Below are positions 36,656 through 45,125 of a DNA stretch of 64,000 nt, one piece after another (position 1 is the first letter of the stretch; every line of letters starts with the position of its first letter). The translations under genes were made by a program, and so were the position numbers. This DNA comes from Beijerinckiaceae bacterium (GTDB lineage Bacteria > Pseudomonadota > Alphaproteobacteria > Rhizobiales > Beijerinckiaceae), in NCBI GenBank assembly GCA_947456505.1, contig CANGTC010000005.1:3577-67576 (forward strand), read 5' to 3'. The notes under the pieces were generated by a model, which saw only the letters and a program-made list of their open reading frames with translations, was not told the origin of the DNA and did no database searches.

Positions 36656-37645
36656 ATGAGACGACTTCCCCTGACCATGGCCTGCGGGCCCTATGATCGT
36701 ATGGAGGCCCTATGGCAGGGTGAGGTTCAGCCTGAGGGGATCGATCTTCGCTATCTGCCCATACAATCGCCGCCAGAAATTTTCGCGCGGATGATCAAGA
36801 CCCATTCCTTCGACGTCGCTGAAATGTCGCTGGCGCATTACTGCATCATGCGCACCCGGGGCGACTTTCCCTTCGTCGCCATGCCCATCTTTCCCTCGCG
36901 CGTGTTCCGTCACGGATACCTTTTCGTCAGCAAATCGTCAGGGATCAAGGAACCCAGAGATCTCGAGGGCAAACGCGTCGGCGTCCAGGAATACAGACAG
37001 ACAGCGGGCGTATGGGTACGCGGCATCCTGCAGCATGATTATGGAGTTAATCTTGATACGATCCATTGGGTCGAAGGCGGCGTTAACGAACCACGAGCGC
37101 CCGACCATGACATGGATCTGCGTCCTGTGCGCCCCATCTCTCTGGAGCTCATCCCTTCCGACCGCACCTTGAACGACATGCTCGAAGCCGGCGAGATTGA
37201 TGCTTATTTCGGTGCGCGCCGCCCCGCTGCGCTGGACAGAGGCAAAAACGTCGTCCGCCTTTTTGCGGACTATCGTGAACGGGAGAAGGATTATTATCGC
37301 CGCACGAAGTTCCATCCCATCATGCATACGCTTGTGATCCGTGAGGATCTCTTCAAGCAGCAGCCATGGATTCCCGAAAGCCTCTTCAAGGCCTGTCAGG
37401 AAGCGAAGGCCTGGGGATTGAAGCAGATGCAGTTTTCCGGCGCGCAGCGCTCGATGCTGCCTTGGCTCTTCGACGAAATCGCCGAGATGCTCGCGCTGAT
37501 GGGCTCCGATCCCTGGCCCTATGGACTTGAGCCCAATCGCGCAATTCTGGAGGCTTTCGTTCAATATCTGGTGGACCAGCACTTCATCGAGGCGGGTCTA
37601 CCCATCGATGAACTCTTCACACCCATTATTGGCTGGAGCGAATAA
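36656..37645 (+). CDS. OphC/Pht5-like PBP-fold protein 2
   Basis: LTMACGPYDR, FDVAEMS, RVFRH, DLEGKRVGV, HPIMH, PWPYGLEPNR. Confidence 0.87.
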   Translation: MRRLPLTMACGPYDRMEALWQGEVQPEGIDLRYLPIQSPPEIFARMIKTHSFDVAEMSLAHYCIMRTRGDFPFVAMPIFPSRVFRHGYLFVSKSSGIKEPRDLEGKRVGVQEYRQTAGVWVRGILQHDYGVNLDTIHWVEGGVNEPRAPDHDMDLRPVRPISLELIPSDRTLNDMLEAGEIDAYFGARRPAALDRGKNVVRLFADYREREKDYYRRTKFHPIMHTLVIREDLFKQQPWIPESLFKACQEAKAWGLKQMQFSGAQRSMLPWLFDEIAEMLALMGSDPWPYGLEPNRAILEAFVQYLVDQHFIEAGLPIDELFTPIIGWSE

Positions 37646-38061
37646 AAACGTCAGGGCTGGCGCCACCTCTTTCGCATTCGCAGACTTCCAAATGCGGCTT
37701 GCCGAAGACGCTATAAGCACACCGCAGTTGTGTCTGGACCGCTCAGGCAGGCGATCCGCGTTGGCTGGCTTCTGAAGCCAACGTCTGATGTCAGAGCGCG
37801 CAGACCTGCCGCGCCTTTTCCTGATAATGCTCCCAGACCTTTGCGATCCGATAGGAGTTCCTCTCACGGCCCTTACCCGGCCGCGCTCCACTTTGTGGGG
37901 AGTTGGGTTCCGCCGCGAGATCTTGCCCGATCATGAACGCCACCGCCTCGCCCGGCGGAACGACGCCTTTCCACATGCCACCCCGCCGGGTGCGGGGTCC
38001 CGCATTTCATCCAAGGCCGAAGCTGGCGGAGTTTAGCAGACGAAACGCCAAAGCCGGCGAA

Positions 38062-38076
38062 ATTAGAATTGCTGAC
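38062..38076. promoter_or_regulatory. Putative LysR (T-N11-A) autoregulatory site
   Basis: ATTAG-AATTG-CTGAC 28 nt upstream of the lysR ATG. Confidence 0.45.
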
Positions 38077-38104
38077 GGCGGCGGGAGCTATAAGATGCCC
38101 CCCC

Positions 38105-39097
38105 ATGAAAAATGACACGCCCGCGCGCGACTTCGACCTGATCAAGAGCCTCGAGATCTTCGTCTCTGTGGCTGATACTGGAAGCATGACGGCGGCGGCT
38201 GGCCGACTGCGCATCACCCAGTCGGCGATCTCCCAGCAAATCAAAATTCTGGAGACTGACTTCGGAGCGCCGCTTTTCTACAGGGACGTACGCCCACTGC
38301 GCCTGACCCCTGCGGGGCTTGTGCTCAAAAATCGGGCGACTTCCCTGCTCACGAATGCCCGTGAGATGCGCAGCGATGTCCGGCAAGCCGCCGCCGGCCG
38401 ATTGCCGCATCTGCGGATCGCCATTTTTTCGACCTTCGCCCGCCAGCTAGCTCCCGCCATTCTGCGCGCCATGAAGGAGAGCCGACTGGCGGTGGAAAAC
38501 ATTACGATTTCCAGGGGAATGGCCCTCAACCACGCCCAGGATCTCGCCAACCGAGACATCGATGTCGCCTGGACCTCCGACGGATTTCAGGAGGCGCCGG
38601 ATCTGGAACGCCTCACCCTCGTCCGCGAGACCTATCTCATGGTGACGCCGCGCGGCTATGGACGCTTCGCCAACGATTTGCGTGGCCTGGCCTCACGCCT
38701 CCCCTTCTTGCGCTATTCCACGCGCACGCAGTCAGGACAGCGCATAGAAAGCCATATGCGACGCCTTCGGCTGAATTTGCCGGGCAGTCCCGTCTTCGAG
38801 GCCTCCGCAGACCTCATAGACGCCATCGCTTGCGGCCACGGGTGGTCGATCGTGACCCCCTCGCAATTGTTCGATGTGCTGAACACCAATGTGGAGATCG
38901 ACGCAAGGCCCCTACCGGGTCCCAGCTTCAGCCGGACGCTGGGGCTCGTTTGGCGCAATGGCGAGATGCAGGACACCATGCATGCGCTGGCGAAGCTCTG
39001 CGCGCAAACGCTGCGGGAGGAGAGCGCGCCCCGTCTACTGGCGGAAATGCCTGATCTGGCGGGACATTTCGAAGTCCTGCCAGATCAGATGGATTGA
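38105..39097 (+). CDS. LysR-family transcriptional regulator
   Basis: LEIFVSVADTGSMTAAAGRLRITQSAISQQIKILE HTH plus C-terminal effector domain. Confidence 0.95.
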   Translation: MKNDTPARDFDLIKSLEIFVSVADTGSMTAAAGRLRITQSAISQQIKILETDFGAPLFYRDVRPLRLTPAGLVLKNRATSLLTNAREMRSDVRQAAAGRLPHLRIAIFSTFARQLAPAILRAMKESRLAVENITISRGMALNHAQDLANRDIDVAWTSDGFQEAPDLERLTLVRETYLMVTPRGYGRFANDLRGLASRLPFLRYSTRTQSGQRIESHMRRLRLNLPGSPVFEASADLIDAIACGHGWSIVTPSQLFDVLNTNVEIDARPLPGPSFSRTLGLVWRNGEMQDTMHALAKLCAQTLREESAPRLLAEMPDLAGHFEVLPDQMD

Positions 39098-39101
39098 CGC
39101 G

Positions 39102-40322
39102 TCAGGCTATTTCAGCCGCCTCGCGCACGCTGGTGAAAAGCGCGGTGCGCAGCAGAAACTGCCGCGCCAATTCCGGATCAGCTGCGGTGCGCCGCAGTTC
39201 ATCCTGATTTTTCTGACGGACCGCAGGGTCTTTTTCGGTGAGCAGGCGCTTGTTGCGTATGGTCTGCGCCTGAGTGTGCTTCACAGCAATGGTGCGACGC
39301 TGCCGATCATAGCGATCGAGCACATCATCTTCAGCCTCGCCGCGGATCACGGCCACCAGCTTTTCCGCCAGATTGAAGGCGTCATGAATGCCGCTGTTCA
39401 ATCCCATCCCGCCGATAGGGCTGTTCACATGGGCGGCGTCGCCCGCCAGTATCGCACGGCCCTTGCGGAAGCTGGTCGCGACGCGCTGATGCACCGTGTA
39501 GAGATTGGAGCCACGAATGTCATAGGGCGTTGAAGAGGGCAGGAAGCCCTGCATGCGCCTTTCCAGCTCAGCCGGGCTGCAGACAAAGTCCGGATCATCA
39601 TCGGGATCTGTCGGGAAGTGGACCCGCCACCGCTCCGGCGGCCCCACCCAGCGGAACAGGTTCGACCATTCATCGGGATCCGAAATGTAATTGCGATCCG
39701 CATAGCCATGTTTCTTGAAGTCATAGACAACTTCAATGTTCAGGGTGCGGTCGGGATAGGTGAAGCCTTCGAACTCGATGTCGAGTTCCTTGCGCACGAT
39801 GCTGCGGGCGCCCTCCGCGCTGACGATGTAGCCGCCGCGAACCACGACATCATCTCCATCTTCGGTCTGAGCATGGGCGGTCACGCCATTCGCATCCTGG
39901 GTGAAGGTGGTGAAAGTCGTGCTCATCATGACCGTGCAGAGCGGGTTGACGAGGGCCATTGCCATCGCCTCCTCCACGATCTTGATGCGCTCGCATTGCA
40001 GCACATACGGAAATTTCGTGTCGTTTTTCAACAGCGCATGATCGAATTCCGCGATCATGGTCGGCCCCGCGCGGTCCCAATAGTGGAACAGGGGCGCGCG
40101 GAAGCCTCTGGGCTCGATTTTCTCGTAGAGCCCGATCATATCGTACATCTCGAGGGTAACGGGATGATTGGTTCCCGCGCGCGGCACCTGATCGAGAAAA
40201 TTTTGCGTACCCAGCGTTTCCATGATCGTGGTGGGGATGCCAAACTGGGCCAGCCGAAGGGCTAGGCACAATCCGACGGGTCCCGCGCCGATGATGATGA
40301 CGCGATTGGAGTCCTTGCTCAT
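39102..40322 (-). CDS. Group A FAD-dependent monooxygenase (MhpA/PheA-like)
   Basis: GAGPVG, SAEGARSIVR, LAGDAAHVNSPIGGMGLNSGIHDAFNL. Confidence 0.92.
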   Translation of the reverse strand: MSKDSNRVIIIGAGPVGLCLALRLAQFGIPTTIMETLGTQNFLDQVPRAGTNHPVTLEMYDMIGLYEKIEPRGFRAPLFHYWDRAGPTMIAEFDHALLKNDTKFPYVLQCERIKIVEEAMAMALVNPLCTVMMSTTFTTFTQDANGVTAHAQTEDGDDVVVRGGYIVSAEGARSIVRKELDIEFEGFTYPDRTLNIEVVYDFKKHGYADRNYISDPDEWSNLFRWVGPPERWRVHFPTDPDDDPDFVCSPAELERRMQGFLPSSTPYDIRGSNLYTVHQRVATSFRKGRAILAGDAAHVNSPIGGMGLNSGIHDAFNLAEKLVAVIRGEAEDDVLDRYDRQRRTIAVKHTQAQTIRNKRLLTEKDPAVRQKNQDELRRTAADPELARQFLLRTALFTSVREAAEIA

Positions 40323-40337
40323 AACAGCTCCCGAACC

Positions 40338-40727
40338 TTACTTGACTGCGCCAGCCCAGCCGGTGTGCGTGACGTCGAAAACGATGCCATCGGGATCCCG
40401 ATACTTGGCCTCATAATAGGAGTTGGCAGCCTCCGCATGGCCAGTCGTGAGGCTGGAGTCCGGGCGCCCGCCCAGATAGCTGCCGCCCTGCGACAACACG
40501 GCCTCCTCGGCCTTGTCGAGATCATCGACCCACATGCCAAAGTGGAAGACGCCGATTCGCTCCTTTTCGCTTTCACGCTTGAGCAAAGCCAGATTCATGA
40601 CGCCATCCGTCATATAGATGCCGCGACGGGCCTTGCCGCAGCGGGTCATGCCGAAAGCCTGCTCGTAAAAGACAGCCGACTTCTCGGGATCATTGACGAT
40701 CAGGGCGACATGGCGAAGCTTGGACAT
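40338..40727 (-). CDS. VOC/glyoxalase-family protein
   Basis: LRHVALIVND, FYEQAFG, HFGMWVDD, YRDPDG; GGAGG RBS. Confidence 0.88.
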   Translation of the reverse strand: MSKLRHVALIVNDPEKSAVFYEQAFGMTRCGKARRGIYMTDGVMNLALLKRESEKERIGVFHFGMWVDDLDKAEEAVLSQGGSYLGGRPDSSLTTGHAEAANSYYEAKYRDPDGIVFDVTHTGWAGAVK

Positions 40728-40796
40728 TGTTAACCTCCAGTTGGAACTGTCTTGCCTGACTAGGACCTAGCACAGGCGAACTCAGTACAGGGTGAA

Positions 40797-40833
40797 CTCA
40801 GGGATTCTAAGCATCTCGATCAGTTTTGATAAT
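40797..40833. promoter_or_regulatory. Tandem putative LysR sites upstream of the VOC/monooxygenase genes
   Basis: CTCAG-N5-CTAAG (40797) and ATCAG-N5-ATAAT (40819), starts 22 bp apart, both T-N11-A. Confidence 0.45.
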
Positions 40834-40848
40834 GATGCCGGGCGCGGC

Positions 40849-41916
40849 TCAATTTGTAGCATAGACCTTTCGGATCGCTGCAACGATATCATCCGGAGCT
40901 GCGTAGAGAACCTTCAACTTGCGTTGCAACTCCTCACCGGAGGTGGCCTCGATATCGAGCTGCATCTGCCGGGCGTCTGCAGCCAGTTCAGGATCGTTCA
41001 TGGTGTTCATGAAGGCCTTGCGCAGGGCTGCGACGCGATCGGCCGGCACCTCCTTGGCAACCGCATAGGGGCGCGAAAAGCTTGTTTGCTCGTAAAAAAT
41101 CTCCAGCACCTTGCGCTGAAAGTCGGTCTGGGCGAATTCGCGCATCAGCGGCACCTTGAGCGCATTCAGCGCGGGATGGCCGGTGTTCGACTCCTGAGCG
41201 ATAAGGCGGATGGCTCCGCTTTTGATCATTGGCTCATAGAGAGCCGCGACGCCGCCCCAGGACTGGCCGCAAATTCCCTCGACCTCACCCTTTTCAAGGG
41301 CGAGATTGACTTCACGCGAACCGGGATAGCCGGAGACAATCTTCAACTTGGCGCCAAGCAGTTCCTTCTCGAAGGCCGGGAAGTCGAAGGTCGCGCCCCC
41401 AGGGGCGCTGGCGCCGATCACAAGTTCCGTCTTGAGGGTGTCGGCCATGGTCTTGACCGGGGCGCTGCTTTTGATGGCGCAAACATCATGATCCGTATTG
41501 GCGTTGCCGATGTAATTGAACTCCGCCGGATTATGGGTCGAGCGTTTCTTTCCGTAGAATAGCGGCTCGACAACTGCGCCCATGTAAAGGGCAGCCATAT
41601 AGGTACCATCCTTTGGCGCGGATGATGCTAGATAGGCGGCGGCCACATTGCTGCCCGCGCCGGCCATGTTCGAGACGATTACCTGCGGCGCGCCAGGAAG
41701 GTGTTTGGCGAAATATTTGGCGATGAGGCGCGCATAGACGTCGTATCCGCCCCCGGCTGAAGATCCGATGATCAGGTTCAGCTTTTTGCCACGATAGAAC
41801 TGCTCGACGCTTTCCTGAGCATGCGCAGCCGGGGCCGCCGACCAAAGGGCGACGCCGATCGCCAAGGCATTCACGGCGACACTCCGATAGCGGGCGCGTC
41901 GGACGTTGGAATTCAT
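40849..41916 (-). CDS. Bug/TctC-family solute-binding protein 5
   Basis: Signal peptide (AHA), FYRGKKLNLIIGSSAGGGYD, NMAGAG, LEKGEVEG. Confidence 0.9.
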   Translation of the reverse strand: MNSNVRRARYRSVAVNALAIGVALWSAAPAAHAQESVEQFYRGKKLNLIIGSSAGGGYDVYARLIAKYFAKHLPGAPQVIVSNMAGAGSNVAAAYLASSAPKDGTYMAALYMGAVVEPLFYGKKRSTHNPAEFNYIGNANTDHDVCAIKSSAPVKTMADTLKTELVIGASAPGGATFDFPAFEKELLGAKLKIVSGYPGSREVNLALEKGEVEGICGQSWGGVAALYEPMIKSGAIRLIAQESNTGHPALNALKVPLMREFAQTDFQRKVLEIFYEQTSFSRPYAVAKEVPADRVAALRKAFMNTMNDPELAADARQMQLDIEATSGEELQRKLKVLYAAPDDIVAAIRKVYATN

Positions 41917-42023
41917 GCTTCTCTCCTGATCATCAACAAGCTCGTTAACCCTGACCTTCGCGCACGCGTCGACAGGCTATTTTGGCCCATATCAGAGGCA
42001 ACCGCCGCGCCAATCTTGGGGGT

Positions 42024-42038
42024 ATTAGGATCTCTAAT
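42024..42038. promoter_or_regulatory. Putative LysR site with perfect dyad arms
   Basis: ATTAG-GATCT-CTAAT in the divergent intergenic region. Confidence 0.5.
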
Positions 42039-42327
42039 GATTATCAGAGCAAGAAGAAAACGGCCCTCCGCCCAGCCAGGGAATGAGCCCTGCCGATCCC
42101 AAGCATGACCCGACGACTGCGCCAAAAAGCGCCAAATATCGCTGAAACTTCTGCGCACCTGTCGAAGGAAAAACGCCCGGGTATGCGCACTTGGATGCAC
42201 CGTCCATGATCAATTTTGAGGCGGAAACGCACAATTTATTGCTTGTCGAGCTCCCGGCGGGGCGGATAAACCCAAGGCGTTCGCGCAGGCTGCAACGTCC
42301 GAAAGCGCTGTTTGAGGGGAGCAAATC

Positions 42328-43149
42328 ATGTCGCAGAGCCAAAAAGCCACCCTGCGGGTCGCCATCGCCGGACTGGGCGCGGTCGGGCTTAAACTTGCGC
42401 ATGAACTGGACAAAGGCATCGAGGGCCTTGCCCTCGCTGCGGTTTCCGCTCGCGACAAGGTAGCGGCTGCGCAACGTCTGTCTGGCCTCAAGAAACAGGT
42501 GCCGGTCCTCGACATCGCGGACCTTGAGCCCCTTGCGGACGTCGTGATCGAATGCGCTCCATCGACGCTGCTTCCGGCCATCGCCACACCATTTCTTAAG
42601 AATGGCAAGATCGTGATCGTGCTGAGCGCTGGCGCCCTGCTCACCAACATGGACCTGGTGGACCTCGCCAAAGCCCATGGCGGTCAGATCGTGGTGCCGA
42701 CCGGCGCCCTCATCGGCCTTGACGCAGTCACCGCCGCAGCGCAAGGCGAGATCCAGTCCGTGAAGATGGTCACGCGCAAACCCGTCAAAGGCTTGCTCGG
42801 CGCGCCCTTCCTTACAGAAAACAATATCCGCATCGAGGACATCAAGGAGCCGATCCGCATCTTCTCCGGCACGCCGCGCGAGGCTGCGGTGGGCTTTCCG
42901 GCCAATCTCAATGTGGCGGTCGCGCTGGGACTCGCGGGCATCGGCGTCGACAGGACGACCCTCGACATCTGGGCCGACCCGGCGCTGGACCGCAACACCC
43001 ATACGGTTGAAGTGGTCTCCGACTCCGCCAGCTTCACCATGACCATCGCCAACATACCCAGCGAAAATCCCAAGACCGGGCGCATCACCGCCTTGTCGGT
43101 GCTGGCCTATCTGCGCAAGATGAACGCGCCGCTGCGGGTTGGCACCTGA
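42328..43149 (+). CDS. nadX: L-aspartate dehydrogenase (NadX) homologue
   Basis: GLGAVG, VIECA, SAGAL, GLD, RKP, FPANLNVA, NTH, ENPKTG. Confidence 0.9.
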   Translation: MSQSQKATLRVAIAGLGAVGLKLAHELDKGIEGLALAAVSARDKVAAAQRLSGLKKQVPVLDIADLEPLADVVIECAPSTLLPAIATPFLKNGKIVIVLSAGALLTNMDLVDLAKAHGGQIVVPTGALIGLDAVTAAAQGEIQSVKMVTRKPVKGLLGAPFLTENNIRIEDIKEPIRIFSGTPREAAVGFPANLNVAVALGLAGIGVDRTTLDIWADPALDRNTHTVEVVSDSASFTMTIANIPSENPKTGRITALSVLAYLRKMNAPLRVGT

Positions 43150-43178
43150 GGCGCGGTCCCATCTGACAGGAGGCGGCG

Positions 43179-44033
43179 ATGACGTCGGCAGCGCAAGCAG
43201 GCTTCACCACGCGGGACGTCATTTACCATTCGCCGTCAGGGGCGCCCCTGCTCGCGCGCCTCTATATTCCCGAGGGCGCGGGCCCTTTTCCGGCCGTCGT
43301 TGGCGTGCACGGCGGGCGCTGGTGCGCCGAGACGCGATTGACCAATGAGCCCATAGATCAGGCCTTGGCCGCCAGTGGCGTCTTCGTGATGGCGCTGGAC
43401 TTTCGCATGCCGCCCCTGGTGAAATTCCCCCTCCCCGTCGCCGACATCAATTTCGCCATTCGCTGGCTGCGGGCGAAGGCGCAGGAGTTCAACATCAGGC
43501 CTGACTGGATCGGCGGGGTCGGCACTTCGAGCGGCGGCCATCAGATCCTTCTGAACGCCTTGCTTCCGACCGATTCACGTTTCACGGCGGATCATGAACC
43601 TGCCGTGGCGAGCGTAGACGCCTCCTTAAGTTTCGTCGTCGCCTGCTGGCCCGTAACCGACCCCCCGGCGCGCTATCGCTACGCAATCGAACGCGACATG
43701 GAGATCCATGTACGCAGCCATGACGCCTATTGGGCCGATGAAGCGCAGATGCGCGATGGCAGCCCGCTGCGCATCGTGTCGGAGGGCGTCGCGAAAAGGT
43801 TGCCGCCGCTTCTGCTGGTCCAGGGTTCAGCGGACGTCATCCTCACGCCGCACATGTCGGACCACTTCGCCAGCGCTTATCGTGCGGCGGGCGGCGACGT
43901 GGACCTGCGCCATTTCGAAGGCGAGGGACACACTTTCATCACCAAGACGCCCGAGGCTCCAGCCTCCCGCGCCGCCATCGACCTCATCTGCGCCTTCGTC
44001 CATCAACGCACGGACGCCGCTTCGCGGAGTTGA
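43179..44033 (+). CDS. Alpha/beta hydrolase (HSL/esterase family)
   Basis: HGG oxyanion motif, LDFR, GTSSGG, QGSAD, EGHTF. Confidence 0.88.
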   Translation: MTSAAQAGFTTRDVIYHSPSGAPLLARLYIPEGAGPFPAVVGVHGGRWCAETRLTNEPIDQALAASGVFVMALDFRMPPLVKFPLPVADINFAIRWLRAKAQEFNIRPDWIGGVGTSSGGHQILLNALLPTDSRFTADHEPAVASVDASLSFVVACWPVTDPPARYRYAIERDMEIHVRSHDAYWADEAQMRDGSPLRIVSEGVAKRLPPLLLVQGSADVILTPHMSDHFASAYRAAGGDVDLRHFEGEGHTFITKTPEAPASRAAIDLICAFVHQRTDAASRS

Positions 44034-44073
44034 TGGCCGGCTCAACCATCTGTTTGCTGCAAAGGATCTGACG

Positions 44074-45051
44074 ATGGCGCAACATTCGCTCTCCATGGCC
44101 TGCTGGGACTATGACCGCACGCGCCCCCTCATCGACGGCCGGGTGAAACCAGAGGGCATCGACCTGCGGGTCGAGGTCATGCGTCCACGCCAGGCCTTCG
44201 AGCGGATGCTGGCCACCGGAGAATTCGACGTCTGTGAAATGTCGTTCTCCAACTATGTGACCCTGCGTGCGCAACCGGATTGCCCCCTCGTCGCATTGCC
44301 GGTCATGCTCTCGAAAATGTTCCGCCACGATTGCATCTATGTGCGCAGGGATTCCGGGATCACAAAGGGCGGCGATCTCCGAGGCAAGCGCGTAGGCACC
44401 ATGCGCTATACATCAACCGCGCTGGTCTTCGCGCGCGGGCTGTTGCAACATGATTTCGGAATCCATGCGCGCGATCTACATTGGTTCGTGGGCGGAATCG
44501 ACCATGGGGTCGCCGCTACAAGGCCCGAGCATACGCCCGATGATGTTCGCATCACGCTTCTGACCAAGGCGCAGACGCTTAACGACATGCTGGTGAATGG
44601 CGAAGTGGACGCGCTGATCACCCAGGACATCCCTTCGAGCTTCCTGAACCGGGATCCGAACATCGTTCGGCTCTTCCCCGACTTCAAGGCGGTCGAAACC
44701 GAATATTACCAGCGCACCGGCATCTTCCCCGCCATGCATACGGTCGTGATCAAGGCGCCGGCCTATCGGGAACATCCGCAGATTGCGCAATCCATTTACG
44801 ACGCCTTCTGCCGCGCGAAAGACATCGCGACCCATGGGCTCTACGACACCGATGCGCTGCACCTTACCCTGCCTTTCCTCATCGACCATGTGGAGGAGGC
44901 GCGGCGCATCTTCGGAGACGATTATTTCTCCTACGGGCTGGAGCCCAATCGCCGCACCATTGCGGCGCTGTGCCAATATGTGCATGAACAAAACCTGTCA
45001 TCCCGGCTTGTTTCCCCGGATGAGTTGTTTGCGCCTGTGACAGGTTGCTGA
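44074..45051 (+). CDS. OphC/Pht5-like PBP-fold protein 3
   Basis: LSMACWDYDRTRPL, FDVCEMS, KMFRH, DLRGKRVG, GIFPAMH, YGLEPNR. Confidence 0.87.
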   Translation: MAQHSLSMACWDYDRTRPLIDGRVKPEGIDLRVEVMRPRQAFERMLATGEFDVCEMSFSNYVTLRAQPDCPLVALPVMLSKMFRHDCIYVRRDSGITKGGDLRGKRVGTMRYTSTALVFARGLLQHDFGIHARDLHWFVGGIDHGVAATRPEHTPDDVRITLLTKAQTLNDMLVNGEVDALITQDIPSSFLNRDPNIVRLFPDFKAVETEYYQRTGIFPAMHTVVIKAPAYREHPQIAQSIYDAFCRAKDIATHGLYDTDALHLTLPFLIDHVEEARRIFGDDYFSYGLEPNRRTIAALCQYVHEQNLSSRLVSPDELFAPVTGC

Positions 45052-45125
45052 CTGGCGAAACGGGCCATCGCCATCAATGGCGCCTATGACGAAAATACGA
45101 TCCTGCAATCCGGCGAATAGGTCCT

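Noticed and set aside
37646-38104. 459-bp gap before lysR that might hold a small gene, remnant or sRNA
   Set aside because: The short ORFs lack an RBS and recognisable motifs, and I could not support any conserved structure by eye; needs Rfam and tBLASTn
45043-45120. OphC-like 3 ends Gly-Cys-TGA, followed by an in-frame open stretch and a TGGCGA/TCGCCA hairpin, suggesting selenocysteine readthrough
   Set aside because: The stem starts 1 nt after the UGA, too close for a bacterial SECIS; the two paralogues also end a few residues after ELF; no sel machinery is visible
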